DNA of 64,000 bases from an uncultured Fibrobacteraceae bacterium (GTDB taxonomy: Bacteria; Krumholzibacteriota; Krumholzibacteriia; LZORAL124-64-63): contig CAZGEC010000009.1 of NCBI GenBank assembly GCA_964524645.1, positions 7,403-71,402 on the forward strand, written 5' to 3'. Each line of letters starts with the position of its first letter. The first letter of the stretch is position 1. The translations under genes were made by a program, and so were the position numbers. The notes beneath the pieces were generated by a model. It was not told the origin of the DNA. It made no database searches and saw only the letters and a list, made by a program, of their open reading frames with translations. Positions 47,673-57,775 of this stretch are shown piece by piece.

Positions 47673-49814
47673 TCAGTCCAGCTTCATCTCCAGCACCTTG
47701 CTCAGGAAGGCGTAGCGATCGGCCGTCTCCTGGATGATCATGGCCGTCGGCTTGCCGCCCCCGTGTCCGCTCTTGGTCTGGATGCGGATCAGGATCGGGG
47801 CGTCCCCGGCCTGGGCCGCCTGCAGGCGCGCGGCGTACTTGAAGCTGTGCGCCGGCATCACGCGATCATCGTGATCGGCGGTGGTCACCATCACGGCCGG
47901 GTACTTCTTGCCCGGTGCGATGTTGTGGTACGGCGAGTAGGCGTAGAGGGTGGGGAACATGTCCGGATCCTCGCTGCTGCCGTAGTCCGAGACCCAGGCC
48001 CAGCCGATGGTCCACTTGTGGAAGCGCAGCATGTCCATCACGCCCACAGCCGGTATGGCGGCGCCAAACAGCTCCGGACGCTGGTTGACCACGGCCCCCA
48101 CGAGCGTGCCCCCGTTGGAGCCGCCGTAGACGGCCAGCTTCGGCGTCGAGGTGTAGCCCTCCCGGATCAGGTACTCGGCGGCGGCGATGAAGTCGTCGAA
48201 GACGTTCTGCTTGTGCTTGAGCATGCCGGCCTCGTGCCACGTCTCGCCGTACTCGCCGCCGCCCCGCAGGTTGGCGGAGGCGAAGATCCCGCCCATCTCC
48301 AGCCAGGGCAGCAGGCCGGTGCTGAACTGCGGACCCAGGGGTATGTTGAAGCCGCCGTATCCGTACAGGATGGTGGGGCTGCTGCCGTCCCGGACCAGGT
48401 CCTTGCGGTGCACGATGAACATGGGAATCCGCGTGCCGTCCTTGCTGTGGTAAAACACCTGCTCGGTCTGGTAGCGGCTGAAGTCGAAGTCGATCTCCGG
48501 CTTGCGGAAGAGCGTGCTCGTTTCCGTGGCGAAGTCGTAGTGATAGATCTCCGAGGGATTCAGGTACGACGTGAAGACGTAGTAGGTGTCGGCGTCCTCG
48601 CGCCGGCCGGCGAAGCCCCCCACGCTGCCCAGCCCGGGCAGGGGGATCTCGCGCAGGAAGCTGCCGTCCAGGGCGTAGATGCGCACCTTGTTGACGACGT
48701 CGTGCATGGTGGTCAGCACGAAGCTGTCGTTCAGCATGGTGGCGCTTTCCAGCGGGTCTTCGCCCTCCGGGATCAGCGTTCGCCAGTTCGCGCGGTCCGG
48801 CCGCGCGGTGTCGATGGCGATCAGGCGGCTTCGGGGAGCGTCGAGATCGGTCTTGAAGTAGAAGACGCCGCCGTCATTGCCCACGAACTCGTAGCTGGCG
48901 TCGCAGTCGTTCAGCAGTTCCACGATCCGGCCGGATGGATCCTGCAAGTCCTTGTAATAGATGCGGTTCTCGGTGGCAGTTCCTTGCCAGACGTGCAGGA
49001 TCAGGTAGCGGCCGTCCTCGCTGACCCCGGCGCCGAAGCCCCAGTCCTTGTGATCGGGGCGCTCGTAGACGAGCCGGTCCTCGCTCTGGGGCGCGCCCAC
49101 CTCGTGCAGATAGACCTTCTGGTAGTAGTTGGCGTCCTCCAGCGCGTCGCCCTCCCGCGGCTCGTCGTAGCGGCTGTAGTAGAATCCCGAGGCGTCCGGG
49201 AGCCAGGCGGCCCCGGAGAACTTGCTCCACTCTACCTCGTCCGGCAGATCCGAGCCGGTGTCCACCCGGCGCACGTACCAGGTCTGCCAGTCCGAACCGC
49301 TGACGTTCTTGGCCCAGGCCAGGAGTTCGCCGTCCTCGCTCACGCTGAGTCCGCCCAGGGAGACCGTGCCGTCCTCGGACAGCCCGTTGGGATCCAGGAG
49401 CACGCGCGGCTCGCCTTCGCCGTCCTGGACGTAGAGGACGGCCTGGGGCTGCAGCCCGTCGTTCTTGAAGAAGAAGGTGTGGCCGGCCTTCTTGAAGGGC
49501 GTGCTGTAGCGCGTGTAGTCCCACAGCTCGGTCAGGCGCTGCTTGATCTTCTCCCGGGCGGGGATTCCCTCCAGGAAGCCGAAGGTCAGCGTGTTCTCGG
49601 CCGCGACCCAGGCCCGGGTCTGGTCGGAATCCACATCCTCCAGCCAGCGGTAGGGATCGGCGACCTTGGTGCCGTGGTAGTCGTCCACCTGGTCGACCTT
49701 CGCGGTCTCCGGGTAGAGGATGCCGCCGGATCCGGCGGCGAGCGAGCCGGGGGTCACGATCGCCCCTGCGATGAACAGGGTGGCCAGGGCGACAGCAAAC
49801 CGGGTCCTGAGCAT
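47673..49814 (-). CDS. Prolyl oligopeptidase (S9A) with signal peptide
   Basis: N-terminal beta-propeller, then an alpha/beta hydrolase domain with GGSNGG (Ser nucleophile) and a conserved Asp/His region. Signal peptide [27 protein letters not shown]. Confidence 0.85.
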   Translation of the reverse strand: MLRTRFAVALATLFIAGAIVTPGSLAAGSGGILYPETAKVDQVDDYHGTKVADPYRWLEDVDSDQTRAWVAAENTLTFGFLEGIPAREKIKQRLTELWDYTRYSTPFKKAGHTFFFKNDGLQPQAVLYVQDGEGEPRVLLDPNGLSEDGTVSLGGLSVSEDGELLAWAKNVSGSDWQTWYVRRVDTGSDLPDEVEWSKFSGAAWLPDASGFYYSRYDEPREGDALEDANYYQKVYLHEVGAPQSEDRLVYERPDHKDWGFGAGVSEDGRYLILHVWQGTATENRIYYKDLQDPSGRIVELLNDCDASYEFVGNDGGVFYFKTDLDAPRSRLIAIDTARPDRANWRTLIPEGEDPLESATMLNDSFVLTTMHDVVNKVRIYALDGSFLREIPLPGLGSVGGFAGRREDADTYYVFTSYLNPSEIYHYDFATETSTLFRKPEIDFDFSRYQTEQVFYHSKDGTRIPMFIVHRKDLVRDGSSPTILYGYGGFNIPLGPQFSTGLLPWLEMGGIFASANLRGGGEYGETWHEAGMLKHKQNVFDDFIAAAEYLIREGYTSTPKLAVYGGSNGGTLVGAVVNQRPELFGAAIPAVGVMDMLRFHKWTIGWAWVSDYGSSEDPDMFPTLYAYSPYHNIAPGKKYPAVMVTTADHDDRVMPAHSFKYAARLQAAQAGDAPILIRIQTKSGHGGGKPTAMIIQETADRYAFLSKVLEMKLD

Positions 49815-49971
49815 GGGAGCCTCCTTCGACGGACGAGCATCGGGATCCTCGCACTAGATGGCTGCCGGGGCGGGAATTCGCAAGATGGTAGTATAGCCCA
49901 CGGGAGCGGCTTGCACCAGCCGCGGATTGTCCTTCCCGCCGGCCGGCGGCCGGTGCTACCTTGCAGGCAGC

Positions 49972-50667
49972 ATGAGGCCGAGCGAGCTGCAGGTCCTCTA
50001 CGAGGACAACCATCTGCTGGGGGTCGTCAAGCCGGCGGGCCTGCTGGTGCAGGGCGATCGCACGGGCGATCAGACGCTGCTGGAGATCGCCAAGGCCTGG
50101 CTCCGGCGGCGTTACGGCAAGCCGGGTCGCGTCTATCTGGGCCTAGTCCACCGCCTGGATCGTCCGGTTTCGGGCGTCGTGCTGTTCGCGCGCACCTCGA
50201 AGGCGGCCGGACGCCTGGCGAAGCAGTTCCGGGAAGGATCGGTTCGCAAGCTCTACTGGGCCGTGGCGGCGGGCGTCCCCGCACCGCCGGAGGGCGAGGC
50301 GGAGGCCTGGCTGGCCGGGCAGGCGGACGGGCGCGGCAGGACCCGCGCCGCCCTGCAGGCCTTCCCGGGAGCCCGCCAGGCGCGGCTCCGCTACCGGACG
50401 CTCGAGCGAGCCCCCGGAGCGGCCTGGCTCGAGGTGGAGCCCCTCACGGGGCGACGCCATCAGATCCGCGTCCAGCTGGCCCTGCTGGGTCACCCGATCC
50501 TGGGCGACACGAAGTACGGCGGACCACGGTGGTCGGCGGATCGCCGGATAGCCTTGCACGCGAAGTCTCTGGAGGTGGTCCATCCGGTGCGGGACCAGAA
50601 GGTCCTGCTGGTGGCGCCGCCGCCAGCCGACTGGCCCTGGCCGCCGCCGCAGGCGGGCGCGGGATAG
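49972..50667 (+). CDS. RluA-family pseudouridine synthase
   Basis: HRLDRPVSGVVLFA is the catalytic Asp motif. No S4 domain. Confidence 0.8.
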   Translation: MRPSELQVLYEDNHLLGVVKPAGLLVQGDRTGDQTLLEIAKAWLRRRYGKPGRVYLGLVHRLDRPVSGVVLFARTSKAAGRLAKQFREGSVRKLYWAVAAGVPAPPEGEAEAWLAGQADGRGRTRAALQAFPGARQARLRYRTLERAPGAAWLEVEPLTGRRHQIRVQLALLGHPILGDTKYGGPRWSADRRIALHAKSLEVVHPVRDQKVLLVAPPPADWPWPPPQAGAG

Positions 50668-50676
50668 GAGGAGCGC

Positions 50677-51336
50677 ATGCACACGACGAGACGGCGTACC
50701 CGGCGCCGGCGGCGGCGAGCCGTCCCGTGGCGGGCCGCCCTGCTGGTCGCCGTCCTGCTCGGCATGGGCGGCTGCGGCGCGGGCGACGTCGAGATCGCGG
50801 ACGGGCAGAGGCACCGGGGTGACATCACGCTCGCGGTGGGAAACGTGGACATCGGCAGCGACTGCATCGTCGAGGGTGGGGTATCGCTCCAGGCCGGGAA
50901 CGTCGACGTGGGTGATCGCACCCTGATCGAGGGGCCCGTCCAGGTCAAGCACGGGAACGTGGTCCTGCAGGAGGACGTTCAGGTCCCGGCCGTCACCGTG
51001 ATCGGCGGGACGATCGAGCTGGGCCGGGGCACGGTCGTGACCGGGCCCGTGCGGCTGACCAGCGGTCTGGTGAAGATCGGTGGAGCGCGGGTCGGCGGGC
51101 AGGTGCAGCTCGTCCGGGGCCGGCTGGAGGTGGACCGCGGCAGCGTGCTGGAGATGGGGCTGCGCGCCGTCAATCCCGGTTCCTCGCTGCGGGATTCCAC
51201 GTACGTTGTTATCAAGTCCGGAGCGCGCGTCGCGGGTACCGTGGAGGTCAGCGGTTCCGCACGCCTGATCGTCGAAACCGGAGCCGACACCGGCGAGGCC
51301 GATTTCACGGGAATCGCGCCCGGGGGCGGGCCGTGA
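50677..51336 (+). CDS. Putative lipoprotein with beta-helix-like repeats (bactofilin/DUF4097-like)
   Basis: Signal peptide plus LLGMGGC. Repeated G.V..G/V.V..G 20-22-aa units. Confidence 0.45.
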   Translation: MHTTRRRTRRRRRRAVPWRAALLVAVLLGMGGCGAGDVEIADGQRHRGDITLAVGNVDIGSDCIVEGGVSLQAGNVDVGDRTLIEGPVQVKHGNVVLQEDVQVPAVTVIGGTIELGRGTVVTGPVRLTSGLVKIGGARVGGQVQLVRGRLEVDRGSVLEMGLRAVNPGSSLRDSTYVVIKSGARVAGTVEVSGSARLIVETGADTGEADFTGIAPGGGP

Positions 51337-51397
51337 ACGACGGCGGCCCGCGCCCCGTGCCGATCCCCGGACTCCGCGGCGATAGGAAGGAGACGAC

Positions 51398-51901
51398 TTG
51401 CCCACACCGATCCGAGTTTCTCTCGTCTTGGCCTGCCTCGCCCTGGCGGTGACGGCCCCGGCCCGGGACGTCCGGGCCGCCGCGGCCGAGGACGGCATCG
51501 GTTGGCTCTCCTATCGAGACGGGCGAGCGAGGGCTCTCGAGTCGGGTCAGCTCCTGCTGGTCAACTTCACGGCCGACTGGTGCGTCTACTGCCGCAAGAT
51601 GAAGAAGGAGACCTACACCGATCCCGCCGTGATCGCCTTCGTGCAGGAGCATTTCGTGCCGGTGATGGTGGACACGCAGCGGGAGCAGCAGATCGCCGCG
51701 GAGTTCTACGTGCGGGGCCTGCCCACGATCTGGTTCCTGACCAGTGACGGGCAGCGCATCACGAACCTGCCCGGCTACGTCGACGCGCCGATGTTCCTGC
51801 AGGTCCTGCGCTACATCGCCAGCGGCAGCTACGAGCAGATGGATTTCAAGACCTTCCTCGATGCGGAGGACACACCCGCCGGCGGGGACACGGACGGATG
51901 A
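51398..51901 (+). CDS. Periplasmic thioredoxin-fold protein (WCxxC)
   Basis: Signal peptide. FTADWCVYCRKM is a CxxC active site in a thioredoxin-like context. Confidence 0.6.
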   Translation: MPTPIRVSLVLACLALAVTAPARDVRAAAAEDGIGWLSYRDGRARALESGQLLLVNFTADWCVYCRKMKKETYTDPAVIAFVQEHFVPVMVDTQREQQIAAEFYVRGLPTIWFLTSDGQRITNLPGYVDAPMFLQVLRYIASGSYEQMDFKTFLDAEDTPAGGDTDG

Positions 51902-53019
51902 TCCAGGTCGACGTGACGATCGTGGGGGGCGGCATGGTGGGCTGCGCCGTCGCCGCCGAATCCGCCCGCCGCGGCCTGCAGACGGTTCTGCTGGAGAAGG
52001 AACCCCGCCTCGCCTGCGGGGTCACCGCGCGCAACAGCGAGGTGGCCCACGGCGGCATGTACTATCCCACGGGCACTCTCAAGGCCCGCTTCTGTGTGCG
52101 CGGACGCCGCCTGCTCCAACAGTTCTGCGCCGAGGCCGGCGTGGAGTATCAGGAGACGGGCAAGCTCATCGTGGCCGTCGAGCCGGGTGAGGAGCCGGAG
52201 CTGGAGCGGCTGCTGGCCCTGGGACAGGCCAACGGGGTCGAGGATCTGCGGCTGCTCGGTGCGGCCGAGCTGGCGGGCCTGGAACCCCGCGTGCGCGCCG
52301 TGGCCGCCCTCTTCTCGCCCCGCACCGGCATCCTCGACGCCGAGGGGGCGGCGCGCGCCTACGGCGCCCTGGCGGCCGAGCGGGGCGCCCAGGTGCTGAC
52401 CGGGGCCGAGGCGTCCGGTCTCGCCCCGGATCGTGATGGCTGGCGCGTGGACGTGACGGCCGGCCGCCGGGAAAGCTGGTCGCACGCGAGCCGCTGGGTG
52501 GTGAACGCCGCCGGCCTGAACGCCGACCGGGTGGCCGAGCTGGCGGGCCTGGACGTGGATGCGCTGGGGCTGCGCCAGCACTGGGTCAAGGGCAGCTACT
52601 TCGCCGTCAGCCCGGCCAGAGCGGGCATGATCCGGCATCTCGTCTATCCCGTGCCGCCGGCCGACGGTTCCAGCCTGGGCGTCCACGTCTGCCTGGACCT
52701 GGCCGGTCAGCTGCGCCTCGGGCCGGATCTCGAACCGCTGGCGGAACGCCGCGAGGACTACGCGGTCGATGCGGATCGTCGGCACCATTTCTATGCGGGG
52801 GCGGTCCGCTTCCTGCCCTTCCTGCAGGAGGAGGAGCTGACCCCCTCCATGGCGGGCATCCGGCCCAAGCTGGCCACCCATGCCTTCGTCGACTTCGCCG
52901 TGAGAAGGGAGGAGGGAGACCTGGCGGGTCTGATCAACCTGATCGGGATCGACTCTCCGGGCCTGACCTCCGGGCCGGCTCTGGCCGAGTACGTGGGCAT
53001 CCTTCTCGAGGGGCGCTGA
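51898..53019 (+). CDS. FAD-dependent oxidoreductase, L-2-hydroxyglutarate oxidase/dehydrogenase-like
   Basis: VTIVGGGMVGCAVAAE is the FAD-binding GxGxxG motif. LhgO/YgaF-like length. ATGA overlap with the upstream gene. Confidence 0.7.
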   Translation: MIQVDVTIVGGGMVGCAVAAESARRGLQTVLLEKEPRLACGVTARNSEVAHGGMYYPTGTLKARFCVRGRRLLQQFCAEAGVEYQETGKLIVAVEPGEEPELERLLALGQANGVEDLRLLGAAELAGLEPRVRAVAALFSPRTGILDAEGAARAYGALAAERGAQVLTGAEASGLAPDRDGWRVDVTAGRRESWSHASRWVVNAAGLNADRVAELAGLDVDALGLRQHWVKGSYFAVSPARAGMIRHLVYPVPPADGSSLGVHVCLDLAGQLRLGPDLEPLAERREDYAVDADRRHHFYAGAVRFLPFLQEEELTPSMAGIRPKLATHAFVDFAVRREEGDLAGLINLIGIDSPGLTSGPALAEYVGILLEGR

Positions 53020-53050
53020 GCGCCGCCCGTCACCAGCCGAAGGGATCGCC

Positions 53051-53434
53051 ATGAAGGAGTACCTGAAGATCTCGCTGCTGCCCAAGGATACCAACATGTA
53101 CGGCTCCATCTTCGGCGGCGTGATCATGTCTCATCTCGACCTGGCGGGCGCGCACTGCGCCCGCGATTTCTACACGAACCGCTTCGTGACCAAGTTCATC
53201 CACGAGATGAGCTTTCTGCATCCCGTCTACGTGGGGGACCTGGTCGTCTACAACGCCGCGATCATCAAGGTCGGGCGCACCTCCGTGACGGTGCACGTGC
53301 AGGCGGAGGCGGAGCGGCTCGGCACCAAGGAGCTGCAACGGGTCACGGAGGCCCGGCTGGTGTACGTGGCCGTGGACGAGCAAGGTCGCAAGACTCCTCT
53401 CGTGTCGCGCGAGGGCATCCCGCCCCCGGCGTGA
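53051..53434 (+). CDS. Acyl-CoA thioesterase, hotdog fold (YciA-like)
   Basis: NMYGSIFGGVIMSHLDLAG hotdog motif, about 125 aa. Confidence 0.7.
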   Translation: MKEYLKISLLPKDTNMYGSIFGGVIMSHLDLAGAHCARDFYTNRFVTKFIHEMSFLHPVYVGDLVVYNAAIIKVGRTSVTVHVQAEAERLGTKELQRVTEARLVYVAVDEQGRKTPLVSREGIPPPA

Positions 53435-53450
53435 CCGTCCACCGCCCGGC

Positions 53451-54248
53451 GTGAGAGGGCAACGGAGGGGCCCCGTGTGGGAATACCTGCTGCTGATCCC
53501 CGCGATCGTCCTGTGCTGCCGCAGCATGGCAGCTCGCCGGCGGGCCCGGCGTCTGCTGCGCGAGACGCGTCCCGCCTGGCGGCGCTGCTACAGCCGCCGC
53601 AGCTTCCTGCGCCTGGGAGCGGGGGTGCTGGCCGCCGGTGTCCTGGCCTACAGCGGCGCCGACGAGGCCGTGGAGAGCTGGCACGCCCGCGCGGTGAGAG
53701 GCCGGATCAGCGACGCCCTGGCCACCCTGGGCAAGGTCTGGGGCGAGCGGGTCTGGTTCGGGGTCTGGGCCCTGCTGGCCGCCCTGGATGCCACCCTGCG
53801 CAGCAGCCCTCTCAGCCGCTGGGGCCGCGAGTCCTTCGTGGCCACGCTGGTGGGACTGCCCCTGCTCTGGACCACCCAGCGCGTTCTGGGCGGCGCACGG
53901 CCCGGAGCGCAGCCGCGGGGCCCGCGCTGGCGGCTGCTGGCCGATGACAAGTCGGCGTCCGGCCACGCCTTCATGGCCGCTGTGCCCTGGCTCACCCTGG
54001 CCCAGCGGCAGGGCGGATCGCTCGCGCGGATCCCGGCCCGCATCGCCTCCCTGCTGGGCGGCTGGTCGCGCCTGAACGACCGTATGCACTACCCGTCGCA
54101 GATCCTGCTGGGCTACCTGATCGCCTGGTCGGCGGTCGACGCCGCCCGCAAGGCGCGCGAGGAGAGGGAGGCGGGCGTGGCGGCCGTGACGCCGGCACCG
54201 GCCGCGGACGGCGATCCGCAGGTGGCCGCGCTGCCTCCGGAGTGCTGA
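53451..54248 (+). CDS. PAP2-family membrane phosphatase
   Basis: KSASGHAF and SRLNDRMHYPSQ match the PSGH and SRxxxxxHxxxD phosphatase motifs. Multiple TM helices. Confidence 0.6.
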   Translation: MRGQRRGPVWEYLLLIPAIVLCCRSMAARRRARRLLRETRPAWRRCYSRRSFLRLGAGVLAAGVLAYSGADEAVESWHARAVRGRISDALATLGKVWGERVWFGVWALLAALDATLRSSPLSRWGRESFVATLVGLPLLWTTQRVLGGARPGAQPRGPRWRLLADDKSASGHAFMAAVPWLTLAQRQGGSLARIPARIASLLGGWSRLNDRMHYPSQILLGYLIAWSAVDAARKAREEREAGVAAVTPAPAADGDPQVAALPPEC

Positions 54249-54260
54249 CGCGGGCAGGGC

Positions 54261-55508
54261 CTACTTCACCAGGGTCATGCGCCCGCTGCCGGTCCCGTCG
54301 CAGGTCACCAGACGGTAGAGGTAGATGCCCGAGGGCACCGGATCGCCGGCGGTCGTCGTGCCGCGCCAGGTGAGGGCCTGCAGGCCCGCCACGGCCACGA
54401 ACTCACGGTCGAAGACGCGGCGGCCGGTCAGGTCGTAGATGGTCAGGCTCGCCGGTCCCGACCGCACGGTCGCGAACGTGATGCTGGTGGCGGGATTGAA
54501 CGGGTTCGGATGGTTGCCCAGCAGCGTGAAGGCCGGCGCCTCGGGCACGGGGCTGAGATCCGGCTCGTCCATGCTCCAGACGTCCCCGTTGACCGTGTAC
54601 TCACCGTAGCCGTCGGTGCTGATCACGATGTGGCCGTTCACCACGGTCAGGTCCGCGGCCGGCAGGGTCCCGCCCGAGCCGGGCTCGGTCTGGTACACGT
54701 AGGCGCCGTAGGCGACCAGGCGGTCGAGAGTTTGCTGGTGGGGGTGGCCGTAGGAGTTGTTGCCCACCGAGATGATCGCGACCTCGGGGCGGGTCGCGTT
54801 CAGGAAGTTGGCGTTGCTGCTGGTGTAGGAACCGTGGTGGTTCACCTGGTAGACCTCGAGATCGCCGAGTTCCGGTCCCACGCTGCTCTCGATGTCGCGG
54901 TACGTGCTGTTGTTGATGCCGCTCAGGTCCCCCGCCTGCACGAAGTCGAAGTCTCCGCATTCCACGAGCAGGGTGACGCAGTAGTCGTTCTCCTCGTCGT
55001 CGAATGGGGGAGACAGCACGCCGTTCCCGTTGACCGCATAGCAGGTGGCCGTGACACCGTCTCCGAGGTCGATCACCTGGCCGTCCGTGATCGTGTGCCG
55101 CTTGGGCGCGACGGTGGCCGCGTAGGAGCTGTAGGTGGCGGTGGTGTAGCTCCAGCCACGATCGTAGACCGCCTCGTTGACACCCCGTGCCTGGTAGACC
55201 TCGTCCAGCCCGCCGATGTGGTCGGCGTGGTAGTGGCTGGCCACCATGTAGTCCACGGGCCCGATGCCGAGCGAGGCGAGGTAGGGCACGATGGTGCCCA
55301 GCCCCTTGCCGTTGTCCCCGCCGTCGAAGAGCAGGGTCCGGCCGCTGGACGAGATCACCAGGGTGGCGTCGCCCTGCCCCACGTCGAGGCAGTGGATGGT
55401 GACGCTGGCCATGGCGGTCGCGGCCAGCAGCAAGGGGAACAGGCCTAGCAGCCAGGCTGTTCGCAGCCGAGGGATTCGGGGACTGTCCAACGGGCGCACG
55501 GATGTCAT
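54261..55508 (-). CDS. Secreted MBL-fold metallo-hydrolase (ComEC-like beta-lactamase domain) with a T9SS-type C-terminal sorting domain
   Basis: IHCLDVGQGDATLV...SHYHADHIGG is the HxHxDH motif. Signal peptide. C-terminal NHPNPFNPATSITF..IYDLTGRRV..GIYLYRL..MTLVK. Confidence 0.75.
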   Translation of the reverse strand: MTSVRPLDSPRIPRLRTAWLLGLFPLLLAATAMASVTIHCLDVGQGDATLVISSSGRTLLFDGGDNGKGLGTIVPYLASLGIGPVDYMVASHYHADHIGGLDEVYQARGVNEAVYDRGWSYTTATYSSYAATVAPKRHTITDGQVIDLGDGVTATCYAVNGNGVLSPPFDDEENDYCVTLLVECGDFDFVQAGDLSGINNSTYRDIESSVGPELGDLEVYQVNHHGSYTSSNANFLNATRPEVAIISVGNNSYGHPHQQTLDRLVAYGAYVYQTEPGSGGTLPAADLTVVNGHIVISTDGYGEYTVNGDVWSMDEPDLSPVPEAPAFTLLGNHPNPFNPATSITFATVRSGPASLTIYDLTGRRVFDREFVAVAGLQALTWRGTTTAGDPVPSGIYLYRLVTCDGTGSGRMTLVK

Positions 55509-55591
55509 GGGAGGACCACCTTGTCGAGCAATGAGAACGCCCTGCCATTTAGCTGTGCCTAATATATTAACATCTTCCGGAGCGTAAAGAA

Positions 55592-55617
55592 AGGAGCCGG
55601 TCTTGCAACCGGCTCCT
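55592..55617 (-). terminator. Rho-independent terminator after the citrate synthase gene
   Basis: aggagccggt-cttgca-accggctcct; on the minus strand it is followed by a T-rich run. Confidence 0.45.
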
Positions 55618-55641
55618 GTCCCGCGAGCGGTGGCGGGGGCT

Positions 55642-56916
55642 CTACGGCACGTTCTTCTTTATCCAGTTCGTGGGCACGGACTTGGGCCGCTCGATGGGTG
55701 TGCCGATGGCCCGGTTGACGATCAGCTGGGAGCACATGCCCATGGCCCGGGAGATCGAGAAGAGCACCGTGTAGTAGGAGAACTCCCGCATCCCGTAGTG
55801 ATGGAGCAGGGCGCCGGAGCCCGCGTCCACGTTGGGCCAAGGATTCTTGGCCTTGCCCTGCTTCTTGAGGACCTCCGGCACGATAGTGAAGACCTGATCC
55901 ACCATCTTCATGACCGGGTCCTTGGGGAAGTGCTTCATGCCGAAGTCGCGGAAGGCCGTGAAACGCGGGTCGGTCACGCGCAGCACAGCGTGGCCGTAGC
56001 CGGGGATGACCTTGCCGCTGTTCAGGGTGTCCCAGGCGAACTTCTCCAGCTGCTCGTTGGTCGGCTCACCCTTGAACTTCTTCCGCAGGTCCAGGATCCA
56101 GTTCAGGCACTCCTGGTTGGCCAGGCCGTGCAGCGGGCCCGCCAGCCCGTTGAGGCCGGCCGCGACGGCGTAGTAGGGATCGGAGAGGGCCGAGCCCACC
56201 GTGTGGCAGACGTGCGCGGAGACGTTGCCGCCCTCGTGGTCGCAGTGCAGCACCAGGTAGAGGCGCATGCAGTCGGCGAACTCCCCCTTGGGATCCTTGA
56301 TGCCGAGCATGTGCGCGTAGTTCTTCGCCCAGTCCAGCCCCGGCTTCGGGGCGATGCGCTTGCCCTTCTTGAAACGCAGGCGATAGATGCCGGCGGCCAG
56401 GGTCGGCAGCTTCGCCAGCAGGTTCAGGGAATCCTCGAGGGTGGGCTTCCAGTAGTCGGTCTTCGGCATGCCCTTGTTGTAGGCCTTGACGAACTCGGAT
56501 TCCTTCTGCATGACCAGGATGCCGGTGTTGAACATGCACATGGGATGCGACGTGGCCGGCATCCCCTCCAGGACCTTCCACACGTAGGCGGGCACCTTGG
56601 CGCGCGCCGCCCAGTCCTTCTGCAGCGCCCGCCGGGAGCTGGCGTCCGGCAGCTCGCCGGTGCAGAGCAGGTAGAAGATGTCCTCGGGAGTCTTGTCGGT
56701 CAGCTCGCCGATCGGGATGTCACGGACCAGCAGGCCGCGGTCGGGAGGGACCTCGGAGGTGTCGCAGACCATGCACTTGACACCGCGCATGCCGCCGTAG
56801 GCCTGGGCCACGGTGCACTCGCTCAGGACCTTGTTGCCCTTCTCGCTGATGACGGCGCGGATCTCGTCCCGCCATACGGGGATTTTCTTGGCCAGGATCG
56901 CCTGCAGCTTTGCCAT
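55642..56916 (-). CDS. gltA: Citrate synthase
   Basis: Full-length CS with the conserved His/Asp region (GYGHAVLR, HCDHEGGNVSAH). GGAGGAG RBS. Start at MAKLQAIL. Confidence 0.9.
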   Translation of the reverse strand: MAKLQAILAKKIPVWRDEIRAVISEKGNKVLSECTVAQAYGGMRGVKCMVCDTSEVPPDRGLLVRDIPIGELTDKTPEDIFYLLCTGELPDASSRRALQKDWAARAKVPAYVWKVLEGMPATSHPMCMFNTGILVMQKESEFVKAYNKGMPKTDYWKPTLEDSLNLLAKLPTLAAGIYRLRFKKGKRIAPKPGLDWAKNYAHMLGIKDPKGEFADCMRLYLVLHCDHEGGNVSAHVCHTVGSALSDPYYAVAAGLNGLAGPLHGLANQECLNWILDLRKKFKGEPTNEQLEKFAWDTLNSGKVIPGYGHAVLRVTDPRFTAFRDFGMKHFPKDPVMKMVDQVFTIVPEVLKKQGKAKNPWPNVDAGSGALLHHYGMREFSYYTVLFSISRAMGMCSQLIVNRAIGTPIERPKSVPTNWIKKNVP

Positions 56917-57174
56917 ATCGTCTCCTCCGCGGGTCCGGGTCATCATTCAGGGGGCCGCCGCGGGCGGCCACCCGCCAATGTTCGAAGTTTCGCCATGCTA
57001 GTAAGAGCACGTTAAGAAATCAACAACTTCCTGGCCGGCCCGCCCATTTTTCAATGCGCGAGCACCACCACGCTGGCGAAACGTCATCCAGGCATTACTA
57101 TTGAGGGAGAAAGCAATGCAGCGAAGTCTTTGCCCGATGGCGGGTTCCGCGCCGGCCGTCAGGGGGAGGAGGCC

Positions 57175-57705
57175 ATGAGCGACGAAGTCAAGCTGTGTGT
57201 GGAGATCTTGGACCGGGCCATCGAGTTCGAGGAGGAGGGCATGCGCTTCTTCACCGAGCGTTCCGAAGGTGCGCCCTCGGCCCTGGAGCGTAACGTCTTC
57301 CGCTCCCTGGCCAAGGACGAGGCCGGCCACAAGGCCCACCTGGTGAAGCTGCGGACCGATCTGCTCCGGACCAACCAGATCGATTCGCTGACCCAGGAGG
57401 ATCACGAGCACCGGACCGCGCGCCAGATCTTCGAGAAGGCGCTGGAGGAGGCCGCGGATCCCTACCAGCCGGAGGCCGCGGAGCTGGAGATCCTCAAGGG
57501 GGCCCTGGAGGTGGAGCGGCGCGGATACCGGATGTACTCGGAGGCCGCCGCGAAGATGGACTCGGTCCGGGCGCGCGACCTGTTTCGGCACCTCGCCTCC
57601 GAGGAGCAGAATCACTACCAGCTCATTCACAACACCTACGAGTACATGTCCAGCCCCGAGGACTGGAACGGGTTCGACGAGAGCCCCATGCTGGACGGCG
57701 GCTAG
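57175..57705 (+). CDS. Ferritin-like diiron protein (rubrerythrin/erythrin-like)
   Basis: Two E(x)nExxH-like motifs (KDEAGHKAH, SEEQNHYQL) in a four-helix-bundle context. Confidence 0.6.
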   Translation: MSDEVKLCVEILDRAIEFEEEGMRFFTERSEGAPSALERNVFRSLAKDEAGHKAHLVKLRTDLLRTNQIDSLTQEDHEHRTARQIFEKALEEAADPYQPEAAELEILKGALEVERRGYRMYSEAAAKMDSVRARDLFRHLASEEQNHYQLIHNTYEYMSSPEDWNGFDESPMLDGG

Positions 57706-57775
57706 CCGCCTGCCGGGATTCCGCACTGCCGGCCGCCTCCCGCGGGGCGGCCGGTTTCGCGCGAGGGGAGACCTC

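Noticed and set aside
47649-50822. 1057-aa plus-strand ORF spanning the prolyl oligopeptidase region
   Set aside because: Antisense to a clear S9 peptidase (GGSNGG) on the minus strand. In its 3' part it is off-frame to rluA.
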